A stretch of 49,926 nucleotides of DNA from Bacteroidia bacterium (lineage in GTDB: Bacteria > Bacteroidota > Bacteroidia > B-17B0 > Aurantibacillaceae). A program made the translations under genes and the position numbers. Shown here one piece after another: positions 34,705-44,533 of this stretch. How positions within the stretch are numbered: position 1 is the first letter of the stretch; each line of letters starts with the position of its first letter. The stretch lies in NCBI GenBank assembly GCA_026418315.1, contig JAOABO010000001.1, positions 1 to 49,926 on the forward strand. The letters are read 5' to 3'. The notes beneath the pieces are model-generated. The model was given only the letters and a program-made list of their open reading frames with translations, was not told where the DNA came from and searched no databases.

Positions 34705-34984
34705 ATATACTTTACATGTATTATGTTGGCAAATAAACATAATAAAACAAGAAAATAAAAGTTAATTTTATTAAACAGAACAGTGTCAATGAGATAAGTG
34801 GATATTCACTGATAAAGAGAACATTTTTTATTACAAAAACATAAATATTAACCAGTACTATAAATAAACAAGATATTGATGTAGATTTGCACAAAAAGAA
34901 ATATTCTTCTACATCAGGGAATAGAAATGAAGATAAACAATCAGCCAAAAAACATTTACATTATATCCAAGTAAAAAAGACATT

Positions 34985-34992
34985 TAATTTTG
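34985..34992 (+). promoter_or_regulatory. Candidate -7 box (TAATTTTG) for the DNA glycosylase gene
   Basis: TAATTTTG lies 29 nt upstream of the ATG at 35021. Confidence 0.4.
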
Positions 34993-35020
34993 TGCCGATT
35001 ACTTCAACCAACAGTTTTAT

Positions 35021-35638
35021 ATGAAACTTGATAAATATTTTTACACAAGGAATAATGTTGTTGAAATTGCTCGTGATTTATTAGGTAAAACTTTAGTTAC
35101 TAAAATTGATAATATCATAACATCTGGCATAATAGTAGAAACTGAGGCATATAATGGTATTTATGATAAAGCATGCCATGCCTATGGCAACAGAAAAACA
35201 GAAAGAACAAAAGTTATGTATGAAGAAGGAGGTGTTAGTTATGTGTATTTTTGTTATGGCATGCATTATTTGTTTAATGTTGTAACGAATAAAAAAGACA
35301 TACCCGATGCCGTGTTAATTAGAAGCGTTATTCCGTATGATGGGAAAGAATATATGTTTCAGAGAATCTCAGAAAAATCCATGAAAAAAGGCATACTCAA
35401 TGGTCCTGGAAAAATTACAAAAGCATTACATATTGACAAAAGTTTCAATGCAGAAAGTTTACTAGGCGATAGAATATGGATGGAGGATATTAAAATTAAA
35501 GTGTATTCTCATGATATTTTATCAACTCCCCGAATTGGCGTAGATTATGCGGGTAAAGATGCTCTATTGCCATACAGATTTATTCTTAAAGATGAAAAAT
35601 TAGATGAAATTAAAACCATGATAAAAAGTTCATTTTAG
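35021..35638 (+). CDS. mpg: 3-methyladenine (alkylpurine) DNA glycosylase, AAG/Mpg family
   Basis: FYTRNNVVEIARDLLGKTLV, IVETEAY and GGVSYVYFCYGMHYLFNVV are typical Pur_DNA_glyco blocks. Confidence 0.85.
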   Translation: MKLDKYFYTRNNVVEIARDLLGKTLVTKIDNIITSGIIVETEAYNGIYDKACHAYGNRKTERTKVMYEEGGVSYVYFCYGMHYLFNVVTNKKDIPDAVLIRSVIPYDGKEYMFQRISEKSMKKGILNGPGKITKALHIDKSFNAESLLGDRIWMEDIKIKVYSHDILSTPRIGVDYAGKDALLPYRFILKDEKLDEIKTMIKSSF

Positions 35639-35742
35639 AATAGTGTATTATATTCAAATTTATAATTTTAATGACGGGTTTATTCATCTGGGGTTTAACT
35701 ACACATAAACTATAAAAATTTTTGTAGTAGATATAATCAAAT

Positions 35743-35774
35743 AAAAAAGCACCTATTTTTATAGGTGCCTTTTA
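35743..35774. terminator. Bidirectional rho-independent terminator between convergent mpg and actF
   Basis: AAAAAA-GCACCTAT-TTTT-ATAGGTGC-CTTTT: a perfect 8-bp stem with a six-A run on one side (a T-run for the minus strand) and TTTT on the other. Confidence 0.7.
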
Positions 35775-35804
35775 TGGAGAAAATGTATTTATTTAGAAAT
35801 TATT

Positions 35805-37046
35805 TTACGTATTCAAATGTAAACTTTCTTCTAAGAACGGATGGTTTCTTACTAGCAATGGAGCTTTTTCAAGGTTTCTCAATACAATATAAATAAACAA
35901 CCCTAAAAAGAAAAGAAAATTACCTATTTCCATCCAGCTGATTCCATTCCAATGTTTACCAACTGTGCCGGGCATTACCATCATAATAACATCCAGATAA
36001 TGGCCGATGAACACAATAGTACCTACAAATGCTAGAAAATTAAAGTTTCTTTTTGAGTCACGACTCATTAGAATAACCATTGGAAATGCGAAATTAATGA
36101 ACAAAACAAACCACATCAATGATTTATAGCTTTCCCAACGTGTTTGAAAATACGTAACTTCCTCAGGAATATCGGCATACCATATCAACATAAATTGAGA
36201 GAAATACAAATAGGTCCACAAAAACGAAATAGCAAACATCCATTTTCCCATATCATGAATGGTACTTTCGGTTACAAATTCTAAGTAACCATTTTTTCTT
36301 AACCAAATAATGAGAAGCGTCATAAAACTAATGGCACTGATCCATAAACCTGAAAAAGTATACCAGCCAAATAATGTAGAATACCAATGAGTATCAATAC
36401 TCATTACCCAGTCCCATGCAGAAGTTGAAGAGGTTACTGCAAATACCACCATGAACCATGCACCTAATTTTACATTTTTCCAGTGATATGCATGACCATC
36501 TCCGCCGTATTCAAATTTATCTGCTTCTAAAGAATTTTTTCTTAATTGCAAAGTAAACCATACCCACCCTACAATATAAAGAATAGTTCTAAGCCACCAG
36601 AACCATCCAAAATAACCTATTTTTCCTGCAATAACAGGGTCATAATTGGGACTGGAAGGATCGGCAATACCTTCGGCCATCCAGTGGTAAATGTGATGTA
36701 CATGCAGCTGTCCAAGAATAAAGAGTAAAAATAACAAACTCAATCCATAAGGCAGATACAATGCAGTAGATTCAATCACTCTTTTAATAGTAGTAGCCCA
36801 TCCGGCTTCGGCGGCATATTGCATACCTAAAAAGAAGGCCGCTCCCAAACTTAAAGCAGCAAAGAAAAATGTTCCTGAAAAAACATTAGCCCATGCTCTG
36901 TTTAAATGATAATGTTCAGCATGGTGCTGTCCATCTACAATAAACATAGCAATGATGCTAATGAGTCCAATTCCCATTAAAACATAAGCAAACATTTTGG
37001 CTTTAGCATCAAATACAAACTGAAGTTTCTCTTTATTGATGTGCAT
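35805..37046 (-). CDS. actF: Alternative complex III subunit ActF (polytopic membrane subunit)
   Basis: 413 aa with about 10 TM helices, the last gene of the ACIII-order cluster. Assigned from operon position and topology. Confidence 0.75.
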   Translation of the reverse strand: MHINKEKLQFVFDAKAKMFAYVLMGIGLISIIAMFIVDGQHHAEHYHLNRAWANVFSGTFFFAALSLGAAFFLGMQYAAEAGWATTIKRVIESTALYLPYGLSLLFLLFILGQLHVHHIYHWMAEGIADPSSPNYDPVIAGKIGYFGWFWWLRTILYIVGWVWFTLQLRKNSLEADKFEYGGDGHAYHWKNVKLGAWFMVVFAVTSSTSAWDWVMSIDTHWYSTLFGWYTFSGLWISAISFMTLLIIWLRKNGYLEFVTESTIHDMGKWMFAISFLWTYLYFSQFMLIWYADIPEEVTYFQTRWESYKSLMWFVLFINFAFPMVILMSRDSKRNFNFLAFVGTIVFIGHYLDVIMMVMPGTVGKHWNGISWMEIGNFLFFLGLFIYIVLRNLEKAPLLVRNHPFLEESLHLNT

Positions 37047-37050
37047 ATTT

Positions 37051-37656
37051 TTATTTTTTTGCGGTTAATTTAGATGCAGTTGAATCTTGTTTTGTTTCTG
37101 TTTTGTCTTTTCCTTGTAGTTTATGAATATATAAAATTAAGGCCCATCGCTCATTCACAGACAGGAAATTATGTGACCCCATTAGCCCTTTTCCATAGGT
37201 GATAGAATGAAACATTTTTCCTTCTGGTAAATTGAGGATAGCAGCAGAAGTATAAGGTGGAGGTGGTCCTGGTAATTTGCCGGCTACTTTGCCGTCTCCT
37301 TGTCCTGATGCGCCGTGGCAATGAATACAATATTTTGTATAAAGTTCTTCACCTTTTTTAATATTCTCTTCAGAATTTTCTAATGGATTTTTTAAATTTT
37401 GACCTGCCAATTCATATCCTTCAGGAGTGTTAGGATAAGGGTATGGTTTGTATCCCCGTGCAATGGTGTTTTTTGGTGGAAGTTGAGCACCCCATATAGT
37501 GTCTCCATCTACTTCAATAGCATGATAATATTCTAATCCTACGGCTCTGTACATGTCAGGCATATACTCAAACCCCGGGCTATTCGGATCTTTCTTTGTA
37601 CATGCTGATAATAAAATAACACCTGCAGATAAAATAATAAATTTTATTTTCTTCAT
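37051..37656 (-). CDS. actE: Alternative complex III monoheme cytochrome c lipoprotein ActE
   Basis: Lipobox LLSAC and a single CIHCH heme motif, about 200 aa. Confidence 0.8.
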   Translation of the reverse strand: MKKIKFIILSAGVILLSACTKKDPNSPGFEYMPDMYRAVGLEYYHAIEVDGDTIWGAQLPPKNTIARGYKPYPYPNTPEGYELAGQNLKNPLENSEENIKKGEELYTKYCIHCHGASGQGDGKVAGKLPGPPPPYTSAAILNLPEGKMFHSITYGKGLMGSHNFLSVNERWALILYIHKLQGKDKTETKQDSTASKLTAKK

Positions 37657-37661
37657 AAGTA

Positions 37662-38210
37662 TTAATATTTAGGTTCTAAGTAAAATTCTCCTTTTATTTC
37701 AAATTCTTCTGCGCCTATTTTTTTTGCAATAGATTCAGCTAACTTTGTTTGTTCTTCTGTTAGCTCAAGATAAAGCATAAACTTATCGTCCGTTGTTCTT
37801 GGGTCTGGGTTCTTAGGCCGAACACCGGGTAATAACCAAGAAGCCATCAAATAAGTGAATACCATAAGATGTGCAGCACAAAAAACTGTACTTTCAAAGG
37901 TAATTGGAATAAAAGAAGGCATGTTATAATAATAAGCCCAGTTAGGTTTTCCTCCAATATCATTAGGCCAGTCATGTATCATCATGTACCACATCATTAA
38001 AGTGGCTAATGATGTGCCGGTAATACCGTAAATAAAAGAAGCAATAGCAATACGTGTTCTTGGTAATCCCATTGCCGCATCCAATCCATGTACAGGAAAT
38101 GGTGTAAAGGCATCTTTAATTCGGATTCCTGCTTTTCGCAGTTCTATAACTGTTTTTAATAACGGTTCTTCATCTCCAAAAAGTATATGTATTTTGTTTT
38201 TCTTAAGCAT
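37662..38210 (-). CDS. actD: Alternative complex III subunit ActD (DUF3341-type membrane protein)
   Basis: 182 aa with two central TM helices. Assigned from its position between actC and actE. Confidence 0.75.
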   Translation of the reverse strand: MLKKNKIHILFGDEEPLLKTVIELRKAGIRIKDAFTPFPVHGLDAAMGLPRTRIAIASFIYGITGTSLATLMMWYMMIHDWPNDIGGKPNWAYYYNMPSFIPITFESTVFCAAHLMVFTYLMASWLLPGVRPKNPDPRTTDDKFMLYLELTEEQTKLAESIAKKIGAEEFEIKGEFYLEPKY

Positions 38211-38221
38211 ATTGAAAGGTT

Positions 38222-39631
38222 TTAATGTTGTTCAACTTTATGATGGTCTTTGTGTTGTGCAGCAGCTATCTTTTTGAAGTTTTCTCCAGAGGTTTTTAAT
38301 ATAGTTTTAGTTTCAGCAATGGCAATCACAGGGAAGTAACGAGAAAATAGTAAAAACAATACTCCAAAAAATCCAATTGTTCCAATAAACATACCAATAT
38401 CTACAAAAGTGGGTGTATAAGTAGCCCATGATGAAGGTAAAAAGGTTCTACACAGAGTAGGAACTATAATTACAAAACGTTCAAACCACATTCCAATATT
38501 AACTACTATTGATAAAATGAAAGTTGCTAAAATAGAAGTTCTGATTTTTTTAATCCAAAACAATTGGGGCGAAATAACATTGCAAGTCATCATAGCCCAG
38601 TAACTCCATGCCATAGGTCCTGTAGCTCTGTTTAAGAAAGTATACTGTTCAAATTCTACACCACTATACCAAGCCATAAATAATTCTGTAAGATATGCTA
38701 CACCTACAATTGAACCAGTTACAATAATTAAAATATTCATATACTCAATATGCTTGATAGTAAGGTATTCTTCTAACTTATAGGCCTTTCTAACTACCAG
38801 CATTAAGGTTAATACCATAGCAAACCCTGAAAATACCGCACCTGAAACGAAGTAGGGAGGGAAGATAGTGGTGTGCCATCCGGGTAAAATAGAAGTAGCA
38901 AAGTCAAATGATACGATAGAGTGTACTGAAAATACAAGAGGAGTAGATAAACCTGCTAATACAAGTGATACTTCTTCAAATCTTTGCCAATGTTTGGCTC
39001 GGCCACCCCAGCCAAAACTTAATATGCTATAAAATTTTTTCCATCCCTTATGTACCATTCTGTCTCTGATAGTGGCAAAATCAGGAATTAAACCCATATA
39101 CCAAAACACAATAGATACTGTCATATAAGTGGATACCGCAAATACGTCCCAAAGAAGAGGAGAGTTAAAGTTGGGCCACAATGAACCAAATTGGTTAGGT
39201 AATGGAAATAACCAATAATCTACCCATGGACGACCGGTGTGCAAAGAAACATACAAACCAGCGTTGATTACAGCAAAGATGGTCATTGCTTCAGCTGCAC
39301 GGCTGATGGCCATTCTCCATTTTTGTCTGAAAAGCAACAGTACTGCAGAAATAAGGGTTCCGGCATGCCCAATACCAATCCACCATACGAAGTTGGTAAT
39401 GTCCCAAGCCCAATCTACTGAGTTATTAGAGCCCCAAGTACCAATCCCTTCGCCAATGGTGTAGGTAAAACTTGCAATGCCCCATAGAGCTGCAAGTAGG
39501 GCTATTGTGAATAAAAAATACCACCACTTACTGGTTTTACCTTCAATAGGGGCAATAATATCATCGGTAATTTGTTTGTAGTTTTTATCCCCTAATATCA
39601 GCGGCGTTCTTATTTCTGATTCTGCGTGCAT
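38222..39631 (-). CDS. actC: Alternative complex III quinol-interacting membrane subunit ActC (NrfD/PsrC family)
   Basis: 469 aa polytopic protein with an NrfD-like pattern, directly downstream of the Fe-S/molybdopterin-like subunit. Confidence 0.85.
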   Translation of the reverse strand: MHAESEIRTPLILGDKNYKQITDDIIAPIEGKTSKWWYFLFTIALLAALWGIASFTYTIGEGIGTWGSNNSVDWAWDITNFVWWIGIGHAGTLISAVLLLFRQKWRMAISRAAEAMTIFAVINAGLYVSLHTGRPWVDYWLFPLPNQFGSLWPNFNSPLLWDVFAVSTYMTVSIVFWYMGLIPDFATIRDRMVHKGWKKFYSILSFGWGGRAKHWQRFEEVSLVLAGLSTPLVFSVHSIVSFDFATSILPGWHTTIFPPYFVSGAVFSGFAMVLTLMLVVRKAYKLEEYLTIKHIEYMNILIIVTGSIVGVAYLTELFMAWYSGVEFEQYTFLNRATGPMAWSYWAMMTCNVISPQLFWIKKIRTSILATFILSIVVNIGMWFERFVIIVPTLCRTFLPSSWATYTPTFVDIGMFIGTIGFFGVLFLLFSRYFPVIAIAETKTILKTSGENFKKIAAAQHKDHHKVEQH

Positions 39632-39658
39632 AGTTATATTATTTTATTTTTTATGAAT

Positions 39659-42600
39659 TTATGCGTGTGCTTCTTCTTTGTTAGATGATTTTTCAGATTT
39701 GTCTTTTTCGTACCATAGTTCTTCGTTCCAATCTAAAAGTGGCTCATCTACATTTCTGACCTTGAGCAAGTAGGATACTGTGGGGCGAATACCTAATTCT
39801 TCAAGCAATACATAATTTCTTTCATTCTTTCTCCAAGCTACTACTTCAGAGTTTTCATCATTCAAATCACCAAAAATAATGGCATTAGTTGGACATGCTT
39901 GCTGGCAGGCAGTTTGAATGTCTTTATCCTGCAACTTTCTTCCTTCTTTTTTGGCTTGTAGTTTTCCTGCTTGTATTCTTTGCTGACACATAGAGCATTT
40001 TTCAATGACCCCTCTGCTTCTTACTGTAACATCTGGATTTAATACCATACGAGTTAGTTCTTGTGCAGCAGGGTTTACATCTTTAAATCTCCAGTTTTCT
40101 GTATAATTGAACCAGTTAAAGCGACGTACTTTGAATGGGCAGTTATTAGCACAATATCTTGTTCCAATACAACGATTATATACCATTTGGTTTAACCCTT
40201 CGGTGCTATGAGCAGTAGCTAATACGGGGCACACAGTTTCGCAAGGTGCATGGTTACAGTGCTGACACATGATGGGTTGAAAAGTAACTTTAGGATTGGC
40301 TGAAGGGTTCTCCATTTCTAAGTTCATTTCTTTGTAACCAATGCCTTCTTCTTTGGCTTTTTTACGCGTCATGTCAGAAGAATAATATCGGTCTATTCTT
40401 AACCAGAACATATCGCGCGTCTTTCTTACTTCTTCTTTTCCTACTACATGTACATTGTTTTCTATAGAACAAGATACAACGCAGGCAGAACATCCAATAC
40501 AGGCGTTCATATCAATGGTAAGTCCCCATTTATGGTTAGGACGTGGGTGTTGGTCCCACAAATCTACTTCTTCTACGGGTTTTTTACCTTCTGCAGTAAG
40601 AATAACAGCAGCAGGATTAAACGCTTCCTTGTCTTTTGCTTTGAATTCAGGTAAAGAAACTTCTCTTAATATCCATTCTTCTCTACCCATTACAGTGTGT
40701 TGCAATTGGTTTTGAGCAAATTCGTGTTTTTTGCCAGTATTAGAAAGTTTTACTCCTGTTGAAACAGTAACAAAATGACCATTGCTATTTTGAATGAAAG
40801 GATATGCATTTACTCCAATCTGGTGGGCTACTTTCAGTGTTTGAGCATTTCTTCCATAACCTAATGCTAAGCCAATGGTACCTGGTGCTTGACCGGGTTG
40901 TGGTAAAACAGGTACTTCTATTTTTATTCCATTCAATTCTAATGTAGCAATGCTACCATCTTTATCCTGACGCAGCATTTTTTCAAAGCCAAGTTTATCC
41001 ATGTCCTCCAAAGATACGGTGATATAGTTATCCCACACTACTTTGGAAATAGGGTCAGGGAGTTCCATTAGCCATGGGTTGTTGGATTGATTTCCATTAC
41101 CCATACCTACTTTTTCATAAACCATCAGTTCAAAATCTGCACTTTTTGCAGATACAGCGTTGGAAGCAAATGTTGAAAGTTCTATTTTTTCTTTTGGTGA
41201 TTCTTCGTTGGTTTTGTTTCCTTTTTTCTTGTCTTCTTTTTTATTTTCTTTTGAAGATACAACTTCAGAAAGAATGGTTGGATTTGATTCAAAAATACCA
41301 TCGTGTAAGGCGTTTACCCAGAATGTTTCAAAGTCCGCATCTTTGTTTTGTAGATTGAAAATGTTGGCTTTCCAATAATTGCGTATATAGGTGTAATAAT
41401 CTTCTGATTTATTGGTCCATGCCAAAAGATTCTCTTCAAACTGTCTTGTTCCTTCGTATTTTGGAGCAGCAAATACAGGGCGAATGAGAGGTTGTTGTAA
41501 GGTATAAATACCTGTTTTCGGATTGGCATCTCCCCACGATTCTAAGTAATGATGATTGGCAAGAACAATGTTGGCTTTTTGGGCTGTTTCATCCAAATAG
41601 TTGGTAGCGTGTATTTTGTTTGTAACTTTAGTGTAAGCATCTTCAAACTTTGTGAATGCAGGGGCGGAATACAGAGGATTAACCTGATAAGTGATTAAAG
41701 TTTTTACTTTACCAGCATTCATTTCTTCTACCAATGACAGAAAATCAGAATCGCTACCTGATTTAAGATGGTAGGTGATCGTTGTGTCAATGGTTTTGCT
41801 GTAATTTTCCAGTAATTGATTAATACCAATAACAATGGCCTGTAGGTTTTCATCATTGACGCCACATACTACTAATGATTGTCCTTTGTGAGCAATTAAC
41901 TCTTCGCTTATTTTATTGATAGCAGAAGCAATGGTTTTATTTTGGATATTAGCATCTGCTAGTTTGTTTGTACCTGTTTTTTCAGCAATAGCATTATAAA
42001 GAGCAACCAGAATTTTACCAAATTCAGACGGTTTTACCATATAGCGATAATCGGCATTGGCTCCGGTGAGTGACATATTAGATTCAAAATGGTAATGGCG
42101 GCTCATTTCGGCTGCTTCTTTTGAAACTTTTCTGTTTAAGGCATATTCTCTTGAAAATTCTACAGGATTAAGCCAATTGCCCAGAAAATCGCATGCAATA
42201 CCTACAATTAGTTTTGCCTTATCAAAATGATATTCAGGTATGATATTTTTACCTATTAATTTTTGATGGGCAGAACGAATGGCAGAATAAGATACTTCAT
42301 CCCATTGAATATGTTTGAAATCATTTATAGTGGTGGAGAGTTCTTGTATTAATGCTTTCAGGGAGGGACTAATTACAGTAGATGTAAGAAGGCGAACTGA
42401 ACCTTCGGACAAAGCTTTTTTTACTGCGGCATCTATTTCTTTCCAGGAGACAGATTTGCCGTTTAAAATAGGTGCGTTTAATCTTGCACCATCGTATAAT
42501 CCTAAAATAGACGCTTGTGTGCGGGCAGTGGTTTTTCCTTTATTGATAGAAGAAAGTTCGTTGCCATCTATTTTAATGGGTCGGCCTTCTCTTGCTTTTA

Positions 42601-42925
42601 CAAGGATAGAGGCAAAGTCATGCCCGTCATAAAAAGTAGAAGCGTAGTAGTTAGGTACGCCGGGAATAATTTCTTCGGGTTTAACAACATAAGGCACTAC
42701 TCTGTTTACCGGCGTTTCGCAGGAAGCTAGGGCTACAGCGGCGGTACTAAAACCCATGAGTTTCAGAAAATCTCTTCTGTTGGTTTTTAAACCTTCGTCC
42801 TTTGAGTTGTCAAGTGGAATTTCTTCTGCAAATTCGTTTTGATGTTGCTGAAGAAATTCTTCGCTTTGGTGTAATTCAGGAAGACCTCTCCAATATTTTT
42901 TTGGTGTATTATTATTCATACGCAT
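39659..42925 (-). CDS. actB: Alternative complex III subunit ActB (molybdopterin-oxidoreductase-like domain fused to a 4Fe-4S cluster domain)
   Basis: It has a twin-arginine signal (NRRDFLKLMGFSTAAVALASC), a large CISM-like domain, then the ferredoxin-type motifs CIGCSACVVSC, CQHCNHAPCETVCP, CIGTRYCANNCP and CQQACP. Confidence 0.9.
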   Translation of the reverse strand: MRMNNNTPKKYWRGLPELHQSEEFLQQHQNEFAEEIPLDNSKDEGLKTNRRDFLKLMGFSTAAVALASCETPVNRVVPYVVKPEEIIPGVPNYYASTFYDGHDFASILVKAREGRPIKIDGNELSSINKGKTTARTQASILGLYDGARLNAPILNGKSVSWKEIDAAVKKALSEGSVRLLTSTVISPSLKALIQELSTTINDFKHIQWDEVSYSAIRSAHQKLIGKNIIPEYHFDKAKLIVGIACDFLGNWLNPVEFSREYALNRKVSKEAAEMSRHYHFESNMSLTGANADYRYMVKPSEFGKILVALYNAIAEKTGTNKLADANIQNKTIASAINKISEELIAHKGQSLVVCGVNDENLQAIVIGINQLLENYSKTIDTTITYHLKSGSDSDFLSLVEEMNAGKVKTLITYQVNPLYSAPAFTKFEDAYTKVTNKIHATNYLDETAQKANIVLANHHYLESWGDANPKTGIYTLQQPLIRPVFAAPKYEGTRQFEENLLAWTNKSEDYYTYIRNYWKANIFNLQNKDADFETFWVNALHDGIFESNPTILSEVVSSKENKKEDKKKGNKTNEESPKEKIELSTFASNAVSAKSADFELMVYEKVGMGNGNQSNNPWLMELPDPISKVVWDNYITVSLEDMDKLGFEKMLRQDKDGSIATLELNGIKIEVPVLPQPGQAPGTIGLALGYGRNAQTLKVAHQIGVNAYPFIQNSNGHFVTVSTGVKLSNTGKKHEFAQNQLQHTVMGREEWILREVSLPEFKAKDKEAFNPAAVILTAEGKKPVEEVDLWDQHPRPNHKWGLTIDMNACIGCSACVVSCSIENNVHVVGKEEVRKTRDMFWLRIDRYYSSDMTRKKAKEEGIGYKEMNLEMENPSANPKVTFQPIMCQHCNHAPCETVCPVLATAHSTEGLNQMVYNRCIGTRYCANNCPFKVRRFNWFNYTENWRFKDVNPAAQELTRMVLNPDVTVRSRGVIEKCSMCQQRIQAGKLQAKKEGRKLQDKDIQTACQQACPTNAIIFGDLNDENSEVVAWRKNERNYVLLEELGIRPTVSYLLKVRNVDEPLLDWNEELWYEKDKSEKSSNKEEAHA

Positions 42926-42936
42926 TCAATTTTATT

Positions 42937-44214
42937 TTAATAATGGCATTTGCCGCATTCTAATCCACCGATTTTTTCAACAGTGAATTTGACATCTCTT
43001 TTGCCTTTATATTTTTCTTTAAGATAAGCATGCAAGCGGTCGTAGTATGGGTTGCCGGCCATTTGTACTTCTGTTTCTCTGTGGCAGTTGATGCACCATT
43101 TCATAGTAAGTGGATTTTTTTGTTCTATTACATCCATTTCTTTTACATTACCGTGGCATTGTTCGCATTGTAATTTACCTACTACAACATGTTGTTGGTG
43201 GCTGAAGTACACATGGTCAGGTAAATTATATACTTTTATCCATCTGATAGGGTTGGCTTTTGATTCGTCATATTTTCCTGTAGAGGGGTCGTAACCTGCA
43301 GCCGCATATATTTTAGCTTTTTCTGCTTTACCTGTATTATGTCCTTCCTGAATGCCTTTATGGCAGTTCATACAGATGTTTACAGTGGGAATTCCGGAAT
43401 GTTTAGATTTTTCAACTCCGTTATGGCAATACTGACAGGCAATTTCATTATCGCCGGCGTGTATTTTATGGGAAAACTTGATAGGTTGTTCGGGCTTGTA
43501 TCCTTTTTGTGTTTTCCAATCGTAGTACACGCCTACTTTCCATAGTTCATCCCAGCAGGATTTCATTCCTACAAACACGATGATCAGAGAGAGTACAAAA
43601 ACCAAACGATTATTTTTTACTAACCATTCTTTTATTTCATCACCGATTGATTGGGGTTCATATATTGGTTTACCGGTTTTTACATTGACAACATTTTGTA
43701 GGGCTATTCTTACATTTCTTAATGAAATCCACAGTACGACCAGCACAAAAATAACTAAAAATATAAGGAGATAGTTACTACCCTTGGATTTTTCTGTTTC
43801 TGCAGTGCTGGTTTGTTTATTGTCTGATTGTGCTACCGGAGTATTTTTTGATGCGGGTGGTGGTGCTTTGAGGAATGCTAAAATGTCTTTTACATCATTT
43901 TCAGACAATTGACCTTCAAATACAGTCATTGCGGCTTTGTTGTTTTCATTATATATTTTATTTGCATAAGCATCGCCCGATTTGATAAGTTTTTCATTAT
44001 TAAGGATCCATTTAGTAAGCCATTCATCTGCTGGTTTGGGGACCCTGTCAAATACGCCCTTTAAACCAGGACCTGTTAGTTTTTGGTCTGAATGTGAAGC
44101 GTGACAAACTGCACAATTTTGTTTGAATAATTTTGCTCCATTGTCAGCATTTTGGGCGAAAAAGATTTGGGTAAAAAATAACAATAGAACAGAGGCACTG
44201 AATTTAATGTTCAT
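42937..44214 (-). CDS. actA: Alternative complex III multiheme cytochrome c ActA with an extra N-terminal cytochrome c domain (six CXXCH in total)
   Basis: The CXXCH motifs are CAVCH, CQYCH, CMNCH, CEQCH, CINCH and CGKCH. The start is re-called at MNIKFSASVLLLFFTQIFFAQ (a signal peptide), since the longer track ORF adds 40 residues that look non-signal. Confidence 0.85.
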   Translation of the reverse strand: MNIKFSASVLLLFFTQIFFAQNADNGAKLFKQNCAVCHASHSDQKLTGPGLKGVFDRVPKPADEWLTKWILNNEKLIKSGDAYANKIYNENNKAAMTVFEGQLSENDVKDILAFLKAPPPASKNTPVAQSDNKQTSTAETEKSKGSNYLLIFLVIFVLVVLWISLRNVRIALQNVVNVKTGKPIYEPQSIGDEIKEWLVKNNRLVFVLSLIIVFVGMKSCWDELWKVGVYYDWKTQKGYKPEQPIKFSHKIHAGDNEIACQYCHNGVEKSKHSGIPTVNICMNCHKGIQEGHNTGKAEKAKIYAAAGYDPSTGKYDESKANPIRWIKVYNLPDHVYFSHQQHVVVGKLQCEQCHGNVKEMDVIEQKNPLTMKWCINCHRETEVQMAGNPYYDRLHAYLKEKYKGKRDVKFTVEKIGGLECGKCHY

Positions 44215-44353
44215 AAATTGAAAATTTTTTGTGATAAAGTGAAAAGTTTTAATGTATTGGGTGGGAGATATTTTAGTACAATTTTTACTTTTGATAACTG
44301 ATGGAGTAGCAGAAACATTCCAATGATTGTCCACAAAGAGAATTTAGTGGGGG

Positions 44354-44361
44354 CAAATATA
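44354..44361 (-). promoter_or_regulatory. Candidate -7 box (TATATTTG) for the act operon
   Basis: Plus-strand CAAATATA equals minus-strand TATATTTG. It is about 140 nt upstream of the preferred actA ATG, which implies a roughly 130-nt leader. Confidence 0.35.
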
Positions 44362-44533
44362 TTGTATTTATATTTTAACTTGCAAAAAAAAATTAGTATT
44401 TTTTAGGAAATGATACTATTTAAAATAGTTCTAAATAAGATTGATAATTCTTATAGTTTTTAGATTAGTAGTTTAAAATAAAAATTGCTGTTTTTTTTAT
44501 GTGTTTGTAATCAGTCATGTTCTGTTGGTAAGG

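Noticed and set aside
34879-34916. Inverted repeat GATGTAGA-N22-TCTACATC in the same spacer
   Set aside because: It is a real 8-9 bp palindromic pair but has a large loop, no flanking T-run and no second copy in the window. It could be an operator, but a match of this size is not surprising in 280 bp of AT-rich DNA.
34721-34948. 75-aa minus-strand ORF in the plsY / DNA-glycosylase divergent spacer
   Set aside because: It runs into the discarded 5' extension of plsY, has very AT-rich Phe/Ile/Leu-biased composition, and has no recognisable motif or promoter box. It is most likely non-coding promoter DNA.
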